From an uncultured SAR86 cluster bacterium (GTDB taxonomy: Bacteria; Pseudomonadota; Gammaproteobacteria; Magnimaribacterales; AG-339-G14): a stretch of DNA of 64,000 nucleotides. Positions 50,729 through 62,261 of this stretch are shown piece by piece. Below the pieces are notes generated by a model. It saw only the letters and a list, made by a program, of their open reading frames with translations, did not search any database and was not told the origin of the DNA. The translations under genes were made by a program, and so were the position numbers. The stretch is from contig CACEVU010000005.1 in the NCBI GenBank assembly GCA_902563105.1, positions 26,557 through 90,556 on the forward strand, given 5' to 3'. How positions within the stretch are numbered: position 1 is the first letter of the stretch; each line of letters begins with the position of its first letter.

Positions 50729-51339
50729 TACAGAATGATGCCTCCAAATGACATAAAACCAAAGCTCATCAAACCAACAATTATAAATGTAGAACCTAGT
50801 CCCTGAAGGCCTTCTGGCATGTCACTATATTTAAGTTTTTCTCTGATTCCAGCTAAAATTGTTATTGCCAAAGCCCATCCAACTCCTGCACCAAGGCCGT
50901 ACGCTACACTTTCACCAAAATATAGATCTTTTTCAACCATAAATAGAGAAGCTCCAAGGATTGCACAATTCACAGTTATTAGTGGTAAAAATATTCCTAA
51001 AGCGTTATATAAAACGGGGACATATTTATCAAGAAACATTTCAAGAATTTGCACACACGCAGCTATCACGCCTATGTAACTGATTAATCCTACGAAACTT
51101 AGATCAACGTCAGATAATCCTGCCCAAGAAAGAGCACCATCTCTCAAAACATAGTTGTAAATCAAATTATTGATTGGAACTGTTATCGCCAAAACCACTA
51201 TTACAGCGATGCCTAGTCCTATTGCAGCTTCTATTTTTTTTGAAATTGCAATGAAAGTACACATCCCTAGAAAAACCGATAAGGCTAAGTTCTCAATAAA
51301 AATTGCATTGATAAATATATTTAAGTAATTCTCTATCAC
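50728..51339 (-). CDS. nqrE: Na+-NQR subunit E
   Basis: [17 protein letters not shown]. Confidence 0.95.
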   Translation of the reverse strand: MIENYLNIFINAIFIENLALSVFLGMCTFIAISKKIEAAIGLGIAVIVVLAITVPINNLIYNYVLRDGALSWAGLSDVDLSFVGLISYIGVIAACVQILEMFLDKYVPVLYNALGIFLPLITVNCAILGASLFMVEKDLYFGESVAYGLGAGVGWALAITILAGIREKLKYSDMPEGLQGLGSTFIIVGLMSFGFMSFGGIIL

Positions 51340-52031
51340 GATGATCCTTTCGATGATGGAGCTGGAGGAGGATTTGGAATAATTTCAGGTGAATTTTTTG
51401 ACATAGAAAATTCTGGCTCCTCTATTTGATCACGTTGCCAAGCTCTAAGAGCCCAAATTATCAGACCTATTAAAATAAACGATACCGGCGGTAAAAGAAA
51501 AAAATTATTGGGAACGTACCAACCACCGTTTTGAACCAAAGGAAATATTTCATATTCTAAAATAGTTCCAGTTCCAAATAATTCCCTAATGGTTCCAAGA
51601 ATAATCAGTATCACGCTGTAACCCAATCCATTTCCAAATCCATCGAGAAATGAAACACCAGGAGGATTCTGCATTGCAAAAGCCTCAGCCCTTCCCATTA
51701 CGATGCAATTAGTTATTATTAATCCTACAAAGACCGAAAGAGTTTTGCTTGTCTCATAATCATATGCCTTTAAAGCTTGGTCTACTAAAATCACTAAAGA
51801 CGAAATAATTGTCATTTGAACAATAATTCTTATGTTGGAAGGAGTTATATTTCTTATCATCGATATAAAAAAATTTGATAGGCTCACAGTCACGGTTAGC
51901 GCAACACACATAATTAGGGTTGGATATAGTTTACTTGTGACTGCCAAGGCTGAGCAGATTCCCAGCATCTGCAATGCGATTGGATTCTCTTTAAAAACCG
52001 GTCTAAAAAGTATTTCTGAATAGTTAGACAT
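51336..52031 (-). CDS. nqrD: Na+-NQR subunit D
   Basis: [24 protein letters not shown]. Confidence 0.95.
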   Translation of the reverse strand: MSNYSEILFRPVFKENPIALQMLGICSALAVTSKLYPTLIMCVALTVTVSLSNFFISMIRNITPSNIRIIVQMTIISSLVILVDQALKAYDYETSKTLSVFVGLIITNCIVMGRAEAFAMQNPPGVSFLDGFGNGLGYSVILIILGTIRELFGTGTILEYEIFPLVQNGGWYVPNNFFLLPPVSFILIGLIIWALRAWQRDQIEEPEFSMSKNSPEIIPNPPPAPSSKGSS

Positions 52032-52791
52032 CTAATTCTCTTAAATTATTTATAAAGTTTAGAAAACCATCACTTCCCATCCAATAGGCTATTAAGTTAG
52101 TAACCCCGTTACAAGTAAGTGTAGCTCCAGACAAACCATCTACTTCATAATTAATATTATCGCTTGAGGCTAAGACATTTCCTTTGATCACCTTCAAAGA
52201 AACTTCTCCATTCTCTTGATAAATTTTCTTTCCCTTCCAGAGCGCTTTCCATTTCGGATTATCTATTTCCGCCCCAAGACCAGGCGTTTCTTTGTGCTCA
52301 TAAAATTCCAGTCCTGCGACAGTATTAAAATCACTTTTTATTGCCAAATAACCATAAAGAATTCCCCAAAGACCATAACCTCTAACTGGTAAAATTAAAG
52401 TATTTATTTTGTCATCTTTGTATTCAATAAAGACTTTTGAATACTTCTCTCTTTTTTTTATTGAGGCAATATCATTTTCAGCACTTAAAAATTTATATTT
52501 TCCTTCTTCTCTTAATTCTTTTGACAACTCATAAGAATTTGGATTTATATCTACTATTTTCCCCTGATCTAAATCTACAACAATCGTTTTGATATTCATC
52601 ATTGCATTTTCTACTGATCCATATTCCAATTCTAATCCAGCGGAAGACACAATTTTTTTTTGCATATCCTTTACTACATTTTCGTTCTGGACTGATCTCA
52701 ATTGAATAGCAATTAGAGAAATAATGGCACTACATAAAAGACACAATCCAATTCCTATAAATGCAATATTTAAGGCACTGTCTTTATTCAT
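52024..52791 (-). CDS. nqrC: Na+-NQR subunit C
   Basis: [25 protein letters not shown] site. Confidence 0.95.
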   Translation of the reverse strand: MNKDSALNIAFIGIGLCLLCSAIISLIAIQLRSVQNENVVKDMQKKIVSSAGLELEYGSVENAMMNIKTIVVDLDQGKIVDINPNSYELSKELREEGKYKFLSAENDIASIKKREKYSKVFIEYKDDKINTLILPVRGYGLWGILYGYLAIKSDFNTVAGLEFYEHKETPGLGAEIDNPKWKALWKGKKIYQENGEVSLKVIKGNVLASSDNINYEVDGLSGATLTCNGVTNLIAYWMGSDGFLNFINNLRELDV

Positions 52792-52792
52792 T

Positions 52793-54007
52793 TTAAGCTC
52801 TCTGTAAAGATAATCTTTTCTTTATATTATTTTGAACGACAAAGTGATCTATCAATGGTGCAACCAAATTTCCAAATAAAATAGCTAACATCATTCCCTC
52901 TGGATAGGCTGGATTCAAAACCCTAATTAAAATAACCATGATTCCAATAATAATTCCATATATCCATCTTCCTGTATTAGTGTGCGACCCAGAAACAGGT
53001 TCGGTTGCCATAAATACCATTCCAAAGGCATATCCACCGATTACCATGTGCCACCAAAAAGGCATGGAAAACATTGGATTGGTATCACTACCTACGAAAT
53101 TGAATAAATAACTTGTACAAATAGTTCCAACAGCAATTCCAAGGACGATTCTCCAAGAAGCAACTTTTGTATAAAGCAGTATCGCCAAACCAATGAGAAT
53201 TGCCAGAGTTGATGTTTCACCAATGGAACCAGGAATGAAACCAAAAAAAGCATTGTTCCAACTATAAGCAACATTTTGGTAGCCTTCTTGAGCAGCTGTA
53301 CCCAACATGGTTGCAGCAGTATAACCATCAACTGCTACCCAAGACATATCGCCCGACCATGATGCGGGATAAGCAAAATAAAGAAAAGCTCGACCAGTTA
53401 ATGCAGGATTTAAAAAGTTTTTACCAGTTCCACCAAAAATCTCTTTTCCAATAACCAAGCCAACAGCAATTCCTAAAGCAGCTTGCCATAATGGCGCGTC
53501 AGGAGGACAAGAAAGTGAAAATAATACTGTTGTAACAAAAGCTCCTTCGCTAACTTCATGTCTTCTAATAAGTGCAAAAATCAGTTCACAACCAATTCCA
53601 ACAACAAAAACGACAGCGTATATTGGAATGAAATAAATTGCCCCATACGCAAGACAATCCATGAGACTATTAGGATTTAGCGAAGTAAAAAAGGTAATCA
53701 AAGGCCAATGCCAATCCTTTTCAAAAGAAGCACCCGATAAAGTTAATTGTTCAATAGCATTTAGAGATTGAAAGCCTAGGTTATACATTCCTACGAACAT
53801 TGTTGGAAAAGTAGCTAACCAGACTACCACCATAATTCTTTGGATGTCTGAACCGTCCCTTACGTGCGTTAAACCTTTGGTTCGTTTGTCAGATGAATAG
53901 AAAAGGTTTTCTATGACATCGAAGATAGGAAAATAATAGGATAGTCCTCCCTTTCCTTGAAAAGAAGGTTTGATTTTATCAAGAAAATTTCTTAATGGGT
54001 CTTTCAT
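52793..54007 (-). CDS. nqrB: Na+-NQR subunit B
   Basis: KEIFGGTGKNFLNPAL, PGSIGETS, FMATEPVS, YPEG. Confidence 0.95.
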   Translation of the reverse strand: MKDPLRNFLDKIKPSFQGKGGLSYYFPIFDVIENLFYSSDKRTKGLTHVRDGSDIQRIMVVVWLATFPTMFVGMYNLGFQSLNAIEQLTLSGASFEKDWHWPLITFFTSLNPNSLMDCLAYGAIYFIPIYAVVFVVGIGCELIFALIRRHEVSEGAFVTTVLFSLSCPPDAPLWQAALGIAVGLVIGKEIFGGTGKNFLNPALTGRAFLYFAYPASWSGDMSWVAVDGYTAATMLGTAAQEGYQNVAYSWNNAFFGFIPGSIGETSTLAILIGLAILLYTKVASWRIVLGIAVGTICTSYLFNFVGSDTNPMFSMPFWWHMVIGGYAFGMVFMATEPVSGSHTNTGRWIYGIIIGIMVILIRVLNPAYPEGMMLAILFGNLVAPLIDHFVVQNNIKKRLSLQRA

Positions 54008-54084
54008 CTCAATCTGATAAGGGAATTTTAATGATTTAACATATGCAAATGAGTTTTTATAAGAAATTCTTCTATATTATGCTT

Positions 54085-55431
54085 TTATCCATCCTTTTCT
54101 ATCTTATCCAAGATATTTCTGAGGATTAATCCGTAATCATATTTGCTAGGACAACTGTAAGTGCAAAGAGACAAGTCTTCTTCATCAAGTTCTAAAACTC
54201 CTAAACTTTGAGCTAGTTCAGTATCTTCTGTAACAATTGCTTTAAGCAGCTGAACAATCATTAAATCCATTGGAAAAATATCTTCGTATACACCTACTGG
54301 TACAATTGCTCTAAAACCTCCATTAATTGCAGAAGAAAGATTGTATTTATAATTTTTCAAGGTTGAAGCAAAAAACATCCTTAATGATGAATGTTTTTTT
54401 ATTTCTGGTCTAAGCCAGTTGAGAAAATCTCTATCTTTTTGATTTGCTTCTCTAATTACGGTTAGTTGATTTGAAAAATATGATAAAAAAGCTTCAACTC
54501 CCTCACAAGAATGACCACATAAAACAGATCCTGAAATTACTCTATTTTCATCATCCTTAAGATTACCTACGGTAAGTTCATCTGTACTTGCTCCATAATC
54601 GGTTAAAAGAATTTCTGGCTTGAAAACTTGAGAACCAGCAAAAGATATATACTTCTCGTTATATAAAGAACCCGACAGAAGAGTTTTGCCGATCTTGATA
54701 ACTTCCTGGTAGCCTATCGTCCAAATCTTTTTTTTAAGACTCGCGGGAGAAATTTTATGAATTTGTGTTCCAACCAAACCAACAGGATGGGGACCGGAAA
54801 ATTTATGATAATTGATTTTTTCCGATTCAAATAAATTTAGATTACAGGCATTTGTAACTCCAATTTGAATAGAATTTTCTGGAATATAAGATAAATATTC
54901 AATTGCCTTATTAAATTCAATTAAATTATCTTCTATAACTAGTAACGGATCAAAAGATAAAGGATTAGAGTCAATTAAAGAAATAAAGATTTGGTTTGGA
55001 TGAGAACCAACTGTTGGTGTCTTAGAAAAAGGTCTCGTTCTAAATAAACTTAGAGATCCAGAAACATTTAGGAAATTTAAAATATTGTCTCTTGATTTAA
55101 CAAAACTTGTATCAATCTCAAAAGAATTATCATCATTATCTTTTTCAATAATCATTGAAAGAAATGATCGTCTATCTCCTCTATTAATTTCAGATACAGT
55201 TCCATTTACCGGAGAGATAAAGTTGTATCCTGGATTCTTTTTATCTTCAAATAAAGCTTGCCCTTGAGTTACTTTTTCGCCTTCAGAAACAAACATTGTT
55301 GGCTTGATTCCATGAAAATCCTTTCCAAGAATAGCTACTCTTGAGGTTAAAGTTTTATTTTCAGGTAGATAAGAATTTTCTATTTCTCCAACAAGAGAAA
55401 GATTTAATCCGTTTGAAATCTTGAAATTCAT
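54085..55431 (-). CDS. nqrA: Na+-NQR subunit A
   Basis: LFEDKKNPG, RTRPFS, GPHPVG, LELDEEDLSLCTYSCPSK. Confidence 0.95.
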   Translation of the reverse strand: MNFKISNGLNLSLVGEIENSYLPENKTLTSRVAILGKDFHGIKPTMFVSEGEKVTQGQALFEDKKNPGYNFISPVNGTVSEINRGDRRSFLSMIIEKDNDDNSFEIDTSFVKSRDNILNFLNVSGSLSLFRTRPFSKTPTVGSHPNQIFISLIDSNPLSFDPLLVIEDNLIEFNKAIEYLSYIPENSIQIGVTNACNLNLFESEKINYHKFSGPHPVGLVGTQIHKISPASLKKKIWTIGYQEVIKIGKTLLSGSLYNEKYISFAGSQVFKPEILLTDYGASTDELTVGNLKDDENRVISGSVLCGHSCEGVEAFLSYFSNQLTVIREANQKDRDFLNWLRPEIKKHSSLRMFFASTLKNYKYNLSSAINGGFRAIVPVGVYEDIFPMDLMIVQLLKAIVTEDTELAQSLGVLELDEEDLSLCTYSCPSKYDYGLILRNILDKIEKDG

Positions 55432-55432
55432 A

Positions 55433-56920
55433 TTAAAGGAATAGAGGTAATCTAATATATTTTATTCCAGCCATTTTCTTTAAAACCCTCAAAAGCTGAA
55501 CGCAATAACCTAATTCATTGTCATACCAAGCATATATAACTATATTTTTTCTATTACAAATAGTTGCTTGAGAATCAACAACACAACCGAATCTACTTCC
55601 AATGATATCCGAAGAGACTATCTCAGGTGAATTTGTATAATCTATTTGATCTTTATAGATACTGTGGAAAGCTGTTTGCCTTAAAAAATTATTGAGCTCG
55701 TCTACTTTAGTTTCTTTTTCTAAATGAAGGTTAAGAATCGCCATAGATACGTTAGGAGTCGGTACTCTTATGGCGTTTGCAGAAAGTTTTCCATCAAGTT
55801 CTGGCAATACTTGTGAAACAGCATTTGCTGCCCCCGTTTCTGTTAAGACCATGTTCAATGCAGCACTTCTTCCTCGTCTAGCTTTATCATGATAATTATC
55901 GATAAGATTCTGATCGTTTGTGTACGAATGTACGGTTTCTACATGTCCATTATCTATTCCGTATTCTTCTGATATAGCCTTCAAAAGAGGCACAATTGCA
56001 TTGGTTGTACATGAAGCGGCACCAAGAATAAGATCTTTATCAGAAATGTCTTTATGATTGACACCATAAACAATATTTTTTAAGCCGCCTTTTATTGGTG
56101 CAGTAAGCAAGACTTTTGAGATACCTTTTGATTTTAAGTGCTTTGAAAGACCTTTTTCGTCTCTAGCCACACCAGTATTGTCTATTAAAATAGCATCTTT
56201 AATATCAAATTTTGAATAGTCTATTTCTTCAGGATCATTTGAGTAAATAAATTTTACTGGATTTCCATTCATGATAAGAGTACTAGATTCCTCATCCACA
56301 CGAATAGTTCCTTTGAAAGGACCGTGGACTGAATCTCTTCTCATTAACTCCGCCCTTTTTAATAAATCTTCAGATTTAGATTTTCTAACCACAACTGCTT
56401 TGAGAGAAAAAGTTTCCCCAGCCCCGGTATCCTCTAGAATTAACCTTGTTATCAGTCTACCGATTCTTCCAAAGCCAAACAAAACGACATCTTGAGGTTT
56501 CTTTAAGACCGGTTGATGATTACCAATAGCTTTTTTAACTTGTTCTTCAACAAACTGATCTAAATTTTGACCATGATCGTCAAACATAAATGCAGCAGCT
56601 AGGATTCCAATGTCTATTTGAGATGGGCCCAAATCTAGTTTATCTAAACTTGCTAAGATCATTGAAGACTCATATTCGCTCAATTCATTTTCTTCAACTT
56701 CCCTCACAGTTCTATGTGTTTGCATTATTTCTATTACAGACAAAGAAATTAGAGGAATTCCATAAAGCAAAATGCGAACGTTTTTTTCTCTGTGAAATTT
56801 TCCAATGATGGGAATCATTGATTCCACAAGAGATTGTCTTTCTATCCAGTTTTCTAGGTAGTTATCTGGCTTAGCTCTTCCCCTCTTATCAGGATTAGAG
56901 TCAGATTTAATGGCTGTCAT
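55433..56920 (-). CDS. gap: Glyceraldehyde-3-phosphate dehydrogenase (long N-terminal form)
   Basis: GFGRIGR, ASCTTN, WYDNE; N-terminal extension of roughly 140 aa. Confidence 0.95.
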   Translation of the reverse strand: MTAIKSDSNPDKRGRAKPDNYLENWIERQSLVESMIPIIGKFHREKNVRILLYGIPLISLSVIEIMQTHRTVREVEENELSEYESSMILASLDKLDLGPSQIDIGILAAAFMFDDHGQNLDQFVEEQVKKAIGNHQPVLKKPQDVVLFGFGRIGRLITRLILEDTGAGETFSLKAVVVRKSKSEDLLKRAELMRRDSVHGPFKGTIRVDEESSTLIMNGNPVKFIYSNDPEEIDYSKFDIKDAILIDNTGVARDEKGLSKHLKSKGISKVLLTAPIKGGLKNIVYGVNHKDISDKDLILGAASCTTNAIVPLLKAISEEYGIDNGHVETVHSYTNDQNLIDNYHDKARRGRSAALNMVLTETGAANAVSQVLPELDGKLSANAIRVPTPNVSMAILNLHLEKETKVDELNNFLRQTAFHSIYKDQIDYTNSPEIVSSDIIGSRFGCVVDSQATICNRKNIVIYAWYDNELGYCVQLLRVLKKMAGIKYIRLPLFL

Positions 56921-56923
56921 TTA

Positions 56924-58051
56924 TTACAAAGCAGAATATCTTTTTAGGTGATAATCAGTATTTCCAAAAATTGCTCTAATTGTAGTAAGGCGTTTAAAAA
57001 AGTGACCTATGTTGGTTTCATCTGTAACACCCATTCCACCATGTAATTGAACGGACTCTTCACCAACTTGCTTTGCAGCTATTCCTACTTGATATTTAAG
57101 TGCAGAGACTGCTTTCGTCGCATCATCAGCTTTATCAGTTAATTTGGCTGCACACATCAGCAAAAGAGATTTTGTTTGTTCATAAGCCATAAAGGTGTCT
57201 ACCATTCTGTGTTGAAGAGCTTGAAAAGAACTGAGGGTTTCACCAAATTGTTCCCTTGTTTTAGTATATTCAAGAGTAATTTCATTCATTTTTTCCATTA
57301 TTCCTACCGCCTCAGCAGAGATTGCTAATGTCGCTAAATCTATAACTTCCTCTAAGACAGAATAAATATTACCTTCATCTCCAAGTAATGATGATGTTGA
57401 GACTTCGACGCCTTCCAAAGTAACCTCTGAAGCTTTAGACCCGTCAACATTAGAATAGTTTCTCAGTGACACTCCTTTTGCAGAAGGATCTACCAAAAAT
57501 AAAGACAAACCTTTTTCATCAAGTTGAGTTCCTGAAGTTCTGGCAACAACTATTAAAGTATCGGATGAAGGACCATTCATTACTACAGCTTTATAGCCAT
57601 CTAAAATGTAATTTTCACCATCTTTCTTTGCTGTTGTGATAACGTCACTCAAATTGAACCTGCTTTGGGGTTCAGCAAAAGCAAGAGACATTTGGATTTC
57701 TCCAGAAATGATTTTAGGAAGAAAATTAGTTTTTTGTTCTTCGTTGCCAAGTCTGCTAATTAAACCACCTGCCAAAACAACGTTTGGGATATATGGTTCA
57801 ACAACCAAACCCCTTCCTAAAGACTCCATAATCACCATCAAATCTATTGGACCACCATCATAACCTCCGTCAGCTTCAGAGAAAGGCATTCCAAGCCAAC
57901 CTAAATCAGCGAAAGTTTTCCAAAAGTCAGAACTATAACCCAACTCAGATTTAATATTTTTTTGTCTTACATCAAATAAATAATCTTTATCTACGAATTG
58001 GGTGATGCTGTCTTTCAACAACTGTTGTTCTTCTGAAAGTGAAAAATCCAT
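56924..58051 (-). CDS. Acyl-CoA dehydrogenase (PimD-like small subunit)
   Basis: REQFG...FQALQHR, QLHGGMGVT. Confidence 0.88.
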   Translation of the reverse strand: MDFSLSEEQQLLKDSITQFVDKDYLFDVRQKNIKSELGYSSDFWKTFADLGWLGMPFSEADGGYDGGPIDLMVIMESLGRGLVVEPYIPNVVLAGGLISRLGNEEQKTNFLPKIISGEIQMSLAFAEPQSRFNLSDVITTAKKDGENYILDGYKAVVMNGPSSDTLIVVARTSGTQLDEKGLSLFLVDPSAKGVSLRNYSNVDGSKASEVTLEGVEVSTSSLLGDEGNIYSVLEEVIDLATLAISAEAVGIMEKMNEITLEYTKTREQFGETLSSFQALQHRMVDTFMAYEQTKSLLLMCAAKLTDKADDATKAVSALKYQVGIAAKQVGEESVQLHGGMGVTDETNIGHFFKRLTTIRAIFGNTDYHLKRYSAL

Positions 58052-59245
58052 CTAGATCCCTAGAACTGCTTTAGCAATGACGTTTCTTTGAATTTCATTA
58101 CTTCCACCATAGATAGAAACTTTTCTGTAGTTAAGGTAATGAGGCATGACATTTGCGGCAAAATCTGGTCCTATTCTTCCTTCATTGGAAGCTAGATCCT
58201 CTTCAGACATAAATGGGTGAGCATAATAGCCTATCGCCTCAACAAATAAATCTGAAAGACCTTGTTGTAAGTCAGTTCCTTTGATTTTTAAAATTGAGGA
58301 TTCAGGGCCTGGATGTCCACCTTTAGACATAGATGCAAGAGTCCTTAGTTCACTGTATTCTGCTGCCAATAAATCAATTTCTAATTTATTTAGTTTATCC
58401 ATGAAAAGCTCATCATCTTTAAGAAAACCCTCACCGAGAGGAAGTTCGGAAGTAATTTCTCTCAATCTTCTAATTTCTCTTTTCAAAGCAGGAATACCAC
58501 CTATTCCGGTTCTTTCATGGGCTAATAAAAATTTAGCAATATTCCATCCGGCACCTTCTTCTCCGATGAGATTTTCGACGGGGACTTTAACATTATCCAA
58601 ATAAACCATATTAACTTCGTGCGAACCATCAATTGTAATGATTGGCTTAACTTCAACACCAGGAGTTTTCATATCGATCAAAAGAAAACTTATACCTTGT
58701 TGTTTAATATCAGTAGTTTCAGTCCTAACTAAACAAAAAATCCAGTCAGCGTGCTGAGCCATAGTCGTCCAAGTCTTTGTGCCATTGACGATATAGTGAT
58801 CTCCATCTTTAACAGCTTTAGTCTTTAAGGAAGCTAAATCTGAACCGGATCCTGGTTCAGAATAACCCTGACACCACCAAACATCATTATTGATGATTCC
58901 TGGAAGAAATTTGTCTTTTTGTTCTTGTGTTCCAAAAGAGTAGATTACTGGACCACACATGCTTACTCCGAAAGGAACTAAAGTGGGTGTATTGGCACTT
59001 GCTAGTTCATTTTGAAAAATATGTTTTTGAGTTACTGTCCATCCAGTTCCTCCGTATTCTTCAGGCCAATTGACAGCAAACCATCCTTTTTTACTTAAAA
59101 TTCTTTGCCAAGTTAAAATGTCTTCTTTGGATAGCGGAATGCCATTATCCATTTTATTTTTTATATCTGCAGGATAATTATCTGCAATAAATGATCTTAC
59201 TTCATTTTGGAAACTAAGATCTTCTTCTGAGAAAGATAAATTCAT
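58052..59245 (-). CDS. Acyl-CoA dehydrogenase (PimC-like large subunit)
   Basis: WCQGYSEPGSGSDLASL, SIYGGSNEIQ. Confidence 0.9.
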   Translation of the reverse strand: MNLSFSEEDLSFQNEVRSFIADNYPADIKNKMDNGIPLSKEDILTWQRILSKKGWFAVNWPEEYGGTGWTVTQKHIFQNELASANTPTLVPFGVSMCGPVIYSFGTQEQKDKFLPGIINNDVWWCQGYSEPGSGSDLASLKTKAVKDGDHYIVNGTKTWTTMAQHADWIFCLVRTETTDIKQQGISFLLIDMKTPGVEVKPIITIDGSHEVNMVYLDNVKVPVENLIGEEGAGWNIAKFLLAHERTGIGGIPALKREIRRLREITSELPLGEGFLKDDELFMDKLNKLEIDLLAAEYSELRTLASMSKGGHPGPESSILKIKGTDLQQGLSDLFVEAIGYYAHPFMSEEDLASNEGRIGPDFAANVMPHYLNYRKVSIYGGSNEIQRNVIAKAVLGI

Positions 59246-59327
59246 TAAAAAACCTCTTTATAGTCTTATTTGTAGAAGTCAGTATTATACACAAACATTT
59301 ATCTGTTAAAACGTTGTAAAAATCATT

Positions 59328-62261
59328 ATGGAAATAACATTTGGTTATCAAAAGAATTTAGTAATATGCAGTAATTCTAATAATTTGAGTAAAACTTGGT
59401 CTCAAACGACACATGGATCAAAAGTTATAATTCCTGATTTAGAGGTTTTACCATATGATAATTTTTCGCCTCATCCGGAAGTTTCTTCACGAAGACTTAT
59501 TGGTTTAAGAGATTTAGTGAATAAAAATTCTATTGTTGCTTTTTCAACAATTCCAGCATTATTTCAGCCAATTTTTGATCGGGCAAACATAAACACATTA
59601 TTTTTTGAGTTTAAAGAAAAACAAATAATAGATAGAGATGAACTTGTCTCAAAGCTATTGGAAAATGGTTATGAAGCGTCAGACTTAGTATCAAAACCAT
59701 CTAGCTTTGCTTTAAGAGGTTCAGTTGTAGATATTTTTCCCAGTAACAGTAAATATCCAGTACGAATCGACTTGGATGATGATTTAATTTCGAGCATCTT
59801 TATTTTTGATCCAGACAGCCAGAAAACTTTTAGAAAAATATCTTCATTTATAGTTAGGCCCTCAAAGGGTTTTGTCTTGGATGATAAATCAATAAAGATA
59901 TTTAAAAAGAATTGGCGATCTAAGTTTAATGAAGATGGTGATATTTTTGAAAGTGTTTCTAAAGGGAAATTCTTTTCTGGAATAGAATTTTATTCATCAC
60001 TATTTTATGAAGACAAGCCTACTCTAAAAGATTTTTTAAGTGATTTTAATATTTTTTACGCTGGTGACGTATTTAAAGAATCTTTAAATTATTGGAATTT
60101 AATTAGTGACAGATATGAAGAATTCATAAGTGATGAAAATAAACCTATCTTAAAACCCAATGAAATTTTTAATTCGCTAGAAGAAATAAATTCTTTATTA
60201 AGTAACGCTGAGGAACTAAATATATCTGAAGAAATTTCAACAAAAGATATTGATCCAATTTTTAAGGAAACTTCTGAGAGTCTAAATCAAACAAAAAAAG
60301 ATTTTGACTCGCTTTTAAATTTTAAACAAGGTGAGTTAGTAGTTCATGTCAATCACGGTATTGGAAAATTTTTAGGACTTAAAAATCTTAATAAAACTGA
60401 ATGTTTTTTAATTGAGTATCTTAATAACGAGCTACTGTATGTCCCTGTAAATTCTTTATCTCAAATTACACCTTACATCGGTGCAAAAGATATTCCCTTA
60501 GATTCCCTTAGCAAAAAGAAATGGAAAGAAAAAACAAAAAAAACCAAACTAAAAGCTTTTGATGTGGCTTCAGAAATTTTAGAGGCTGAAGCAAAAAGAA
60601 ACCTAGAGAAATCACCAAAAGTTGATATTAATATTGATGAATACGAAAAGTTTACAAGTACTTTCAAGTTTACTGAAACGCCAGATCAAAAAAGAGTGAT
60701 CAACGAAGTTATATCTGATTTGGTTTCTAAAAAACCACAAGATAGATTAATTTGTGGTGAAGTTGGTTTTGGAAAAACAGAAGTGGCTTTGAGAGCATCT
60801 TTTATTGTTTCTCAAAACAGCTTTCAAGTATGTATTCTTGCTCCTACTACGGTACTAGCAAAGCAGCATTTTGAGGTATTCAAAGAGAGATTCAATGAAT
60901 TTCCGCAAAAAATTTGCCTTCTAACAAGAGAACAAACTTCTTTGGAAAAAGAAGAAATATACAAAAAAATTAATAAAGGTTTTTATTCAATTATTATTGG
61001 AACTCATGCCCTTTTCAATAAACAGGTTTTATTTAAAAATTTAAATCTCCTTATAATAGATGAAGAACATAAATTTGGTGTGAGACAAAAAGAACGAATA
61101 AGATCCATGAAAAGTAGTATCAACGTTCTCTCGTTGTCTGCAACTCCAATTCCAAGAACTTTAAATCTATCTTTATCAAAAGTAAGAGATATTTCGCTTA
61201 TTACTACCCCCCCTGTTGGAAGAAAAAGTGTAAAAACAATTGTATCCAGATATTCTAAAAGTTTAGTTTACGAAGCCATACAAAGAGAGTTTTATCGTGA
61301 TGGACAAGTTTTTTACCTGTTGAACAATGTCAGTGCTTTAGAAGATAAAAGAAATGAAATTTATAAAAGATTTCCTGATAAAACCATTGCTTTTGCTCAT
61401 GGTCAACTTAAACCTAAAGAGCTAGCAGCAATAATGCAAAAATTTATAGAGAAGAAAATAGATTTACTTGTTTGCACCACGATTATTGAAAGTGGTATTG
61501 ATATTGAAAATGCAAACACATTAATTGTTGAAAATTCTGAAAATTATGGACTTTCACAACTCCATCAAATAAGAGGTAGAGTAGGAAGATCTAAACGAGA
61601 AGCTTTTGCATATTTTTTTCTTAATAAGGATAAAGATTTAAAAAATAAAGCTCTTGAAAGAATCAATGCATTACAAGAAAACGAATCCTTGCTTTCTGGA
61701 TTTAGTTTAGCCATGAGAGATCTTGAGATAAGAGGCGCAGGAGAGTTACTAGGTGAAAAACAAAGTGGAGCTATAGATGTTGTTGGATTAACTTTATTTT
61801 CAAAAATGATCGAAAGTTCTATAAAAATTTTAAAAGGAGAAAAAATAGTTGATCAGTCGGATATAGATATAGATATTGGAATTTATGGTTTTATTCCTGA
61901 GGAGATAATTCCTCAAGCAGAACTAAGACTTAGTATGTATAAAGAAATATCTTCAATAAAAGAAAATAAAAAATTAAATGAACATAAAAAAGAATTCGTT
62001 GATAGATTTGGAGAGTTAACAAGTGAAATTTACAATCTCTACGAGCTCTCTAAATTAAAGAATATCTCTCGAAAACTAAATATTTTAGCTATTAAGTTTA
62101 GAGAAAATATTTTTTCATTAAGACTCTCAGAGAACTCAAGTCTCTTACCACCGTCTTCAAAAATCGAAGAAATTAAAATCAATGCTGAAAATATTAAAAG
62201 TGATCGGTTAACCTTTATAATATCTAAGTTGGAAAACTTTCTAAAAACAAATGAAACTTAA
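59328..62261 (+). CDS. mfd: Transcription-repair coupling factor
   Basis: LPYDNFSP, VVHVNHGIG (RID), GEVGFGKT, DEEH, SATPIPRTL, RDLEIRGAG. Confidence 0.94.
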   Translation: MEITFGYQKNLVICSNSNNLSKTWSQTTHGSKVIIPDLEVLPYDNFSPHPEVSSRRLIGLRDLVNKNSIVAFSTIPALFQPIFDRANINTLFFEFKEKQIIDRDELVSKLLENGYEASDLVSKPSSFALRGSVVDIFPSNSKYPVRIDLDDDLISSIFIFDPDSQKTFRKISSFIVRPSKGFVLDDKSIKIFKKNWRSKFNEDGDIFESVSKGKFFSGIEFYSSLFYEDKPTLKDFLSDFNIFYAGDVFKESLNYWNLISDRYEEFISDENKPILKPNEIFNSLEEINSLLSNAEELNISEEISTKDIDPIFKETSESLNQTKKDFDSLLNFKQGELVVHVNHGIGKFLGLKNLNKTECFLIEYLNNELLYVPVNSLSQITPYIGAKDIPLDSLSKKKWKEKTKKTKLKAFDVASEILEAEAKRNLEKSPKVDINIDEYEKFTSTFKFTETPDQKRVINEVISDLVSKKPQDRLICGEVGFGKTEVALRASFIVSQNSFQVCILAPTTVLAKQHFEVFKERFNEFPQKICLLTREQTSLEKEEIYKKINKGFYSIIIGTHALFNKQVLFKNLNLLIIDEEHKFGVRQKERIRSMKSSINVLSLSATPIPRTLNLSLSKVRDISLITTPPVGRKSVKTIVSRYSKSLVYEAIQREFYRDGQVFYLLNNVSALEDKRNEIYKRFPDKTIAFAHGQLKPKELAAIMQKFIEKKIDLLVCTTIIESGIDIENANTLIVENSENYGLSQLHQIRGRVGRSKREAFAYFFLNKDKDLKNKALERINALQENESLLSGFSLAMRDLEIRGAGELLGEKQSGAIDVVGLTLFSKMIESSIKILKGEKIVDQSDIDIDIGIYGFIPEEIIPQAELRLSMYKEISSIKENKKLNEHKKEFVDRFGELTSEIYNLYELSKLKNISRKLNILAIKFRENIFSLRLSENSSLLPPSSKIEEIKINAENIKSDRLTFIISKLENFLKTNET

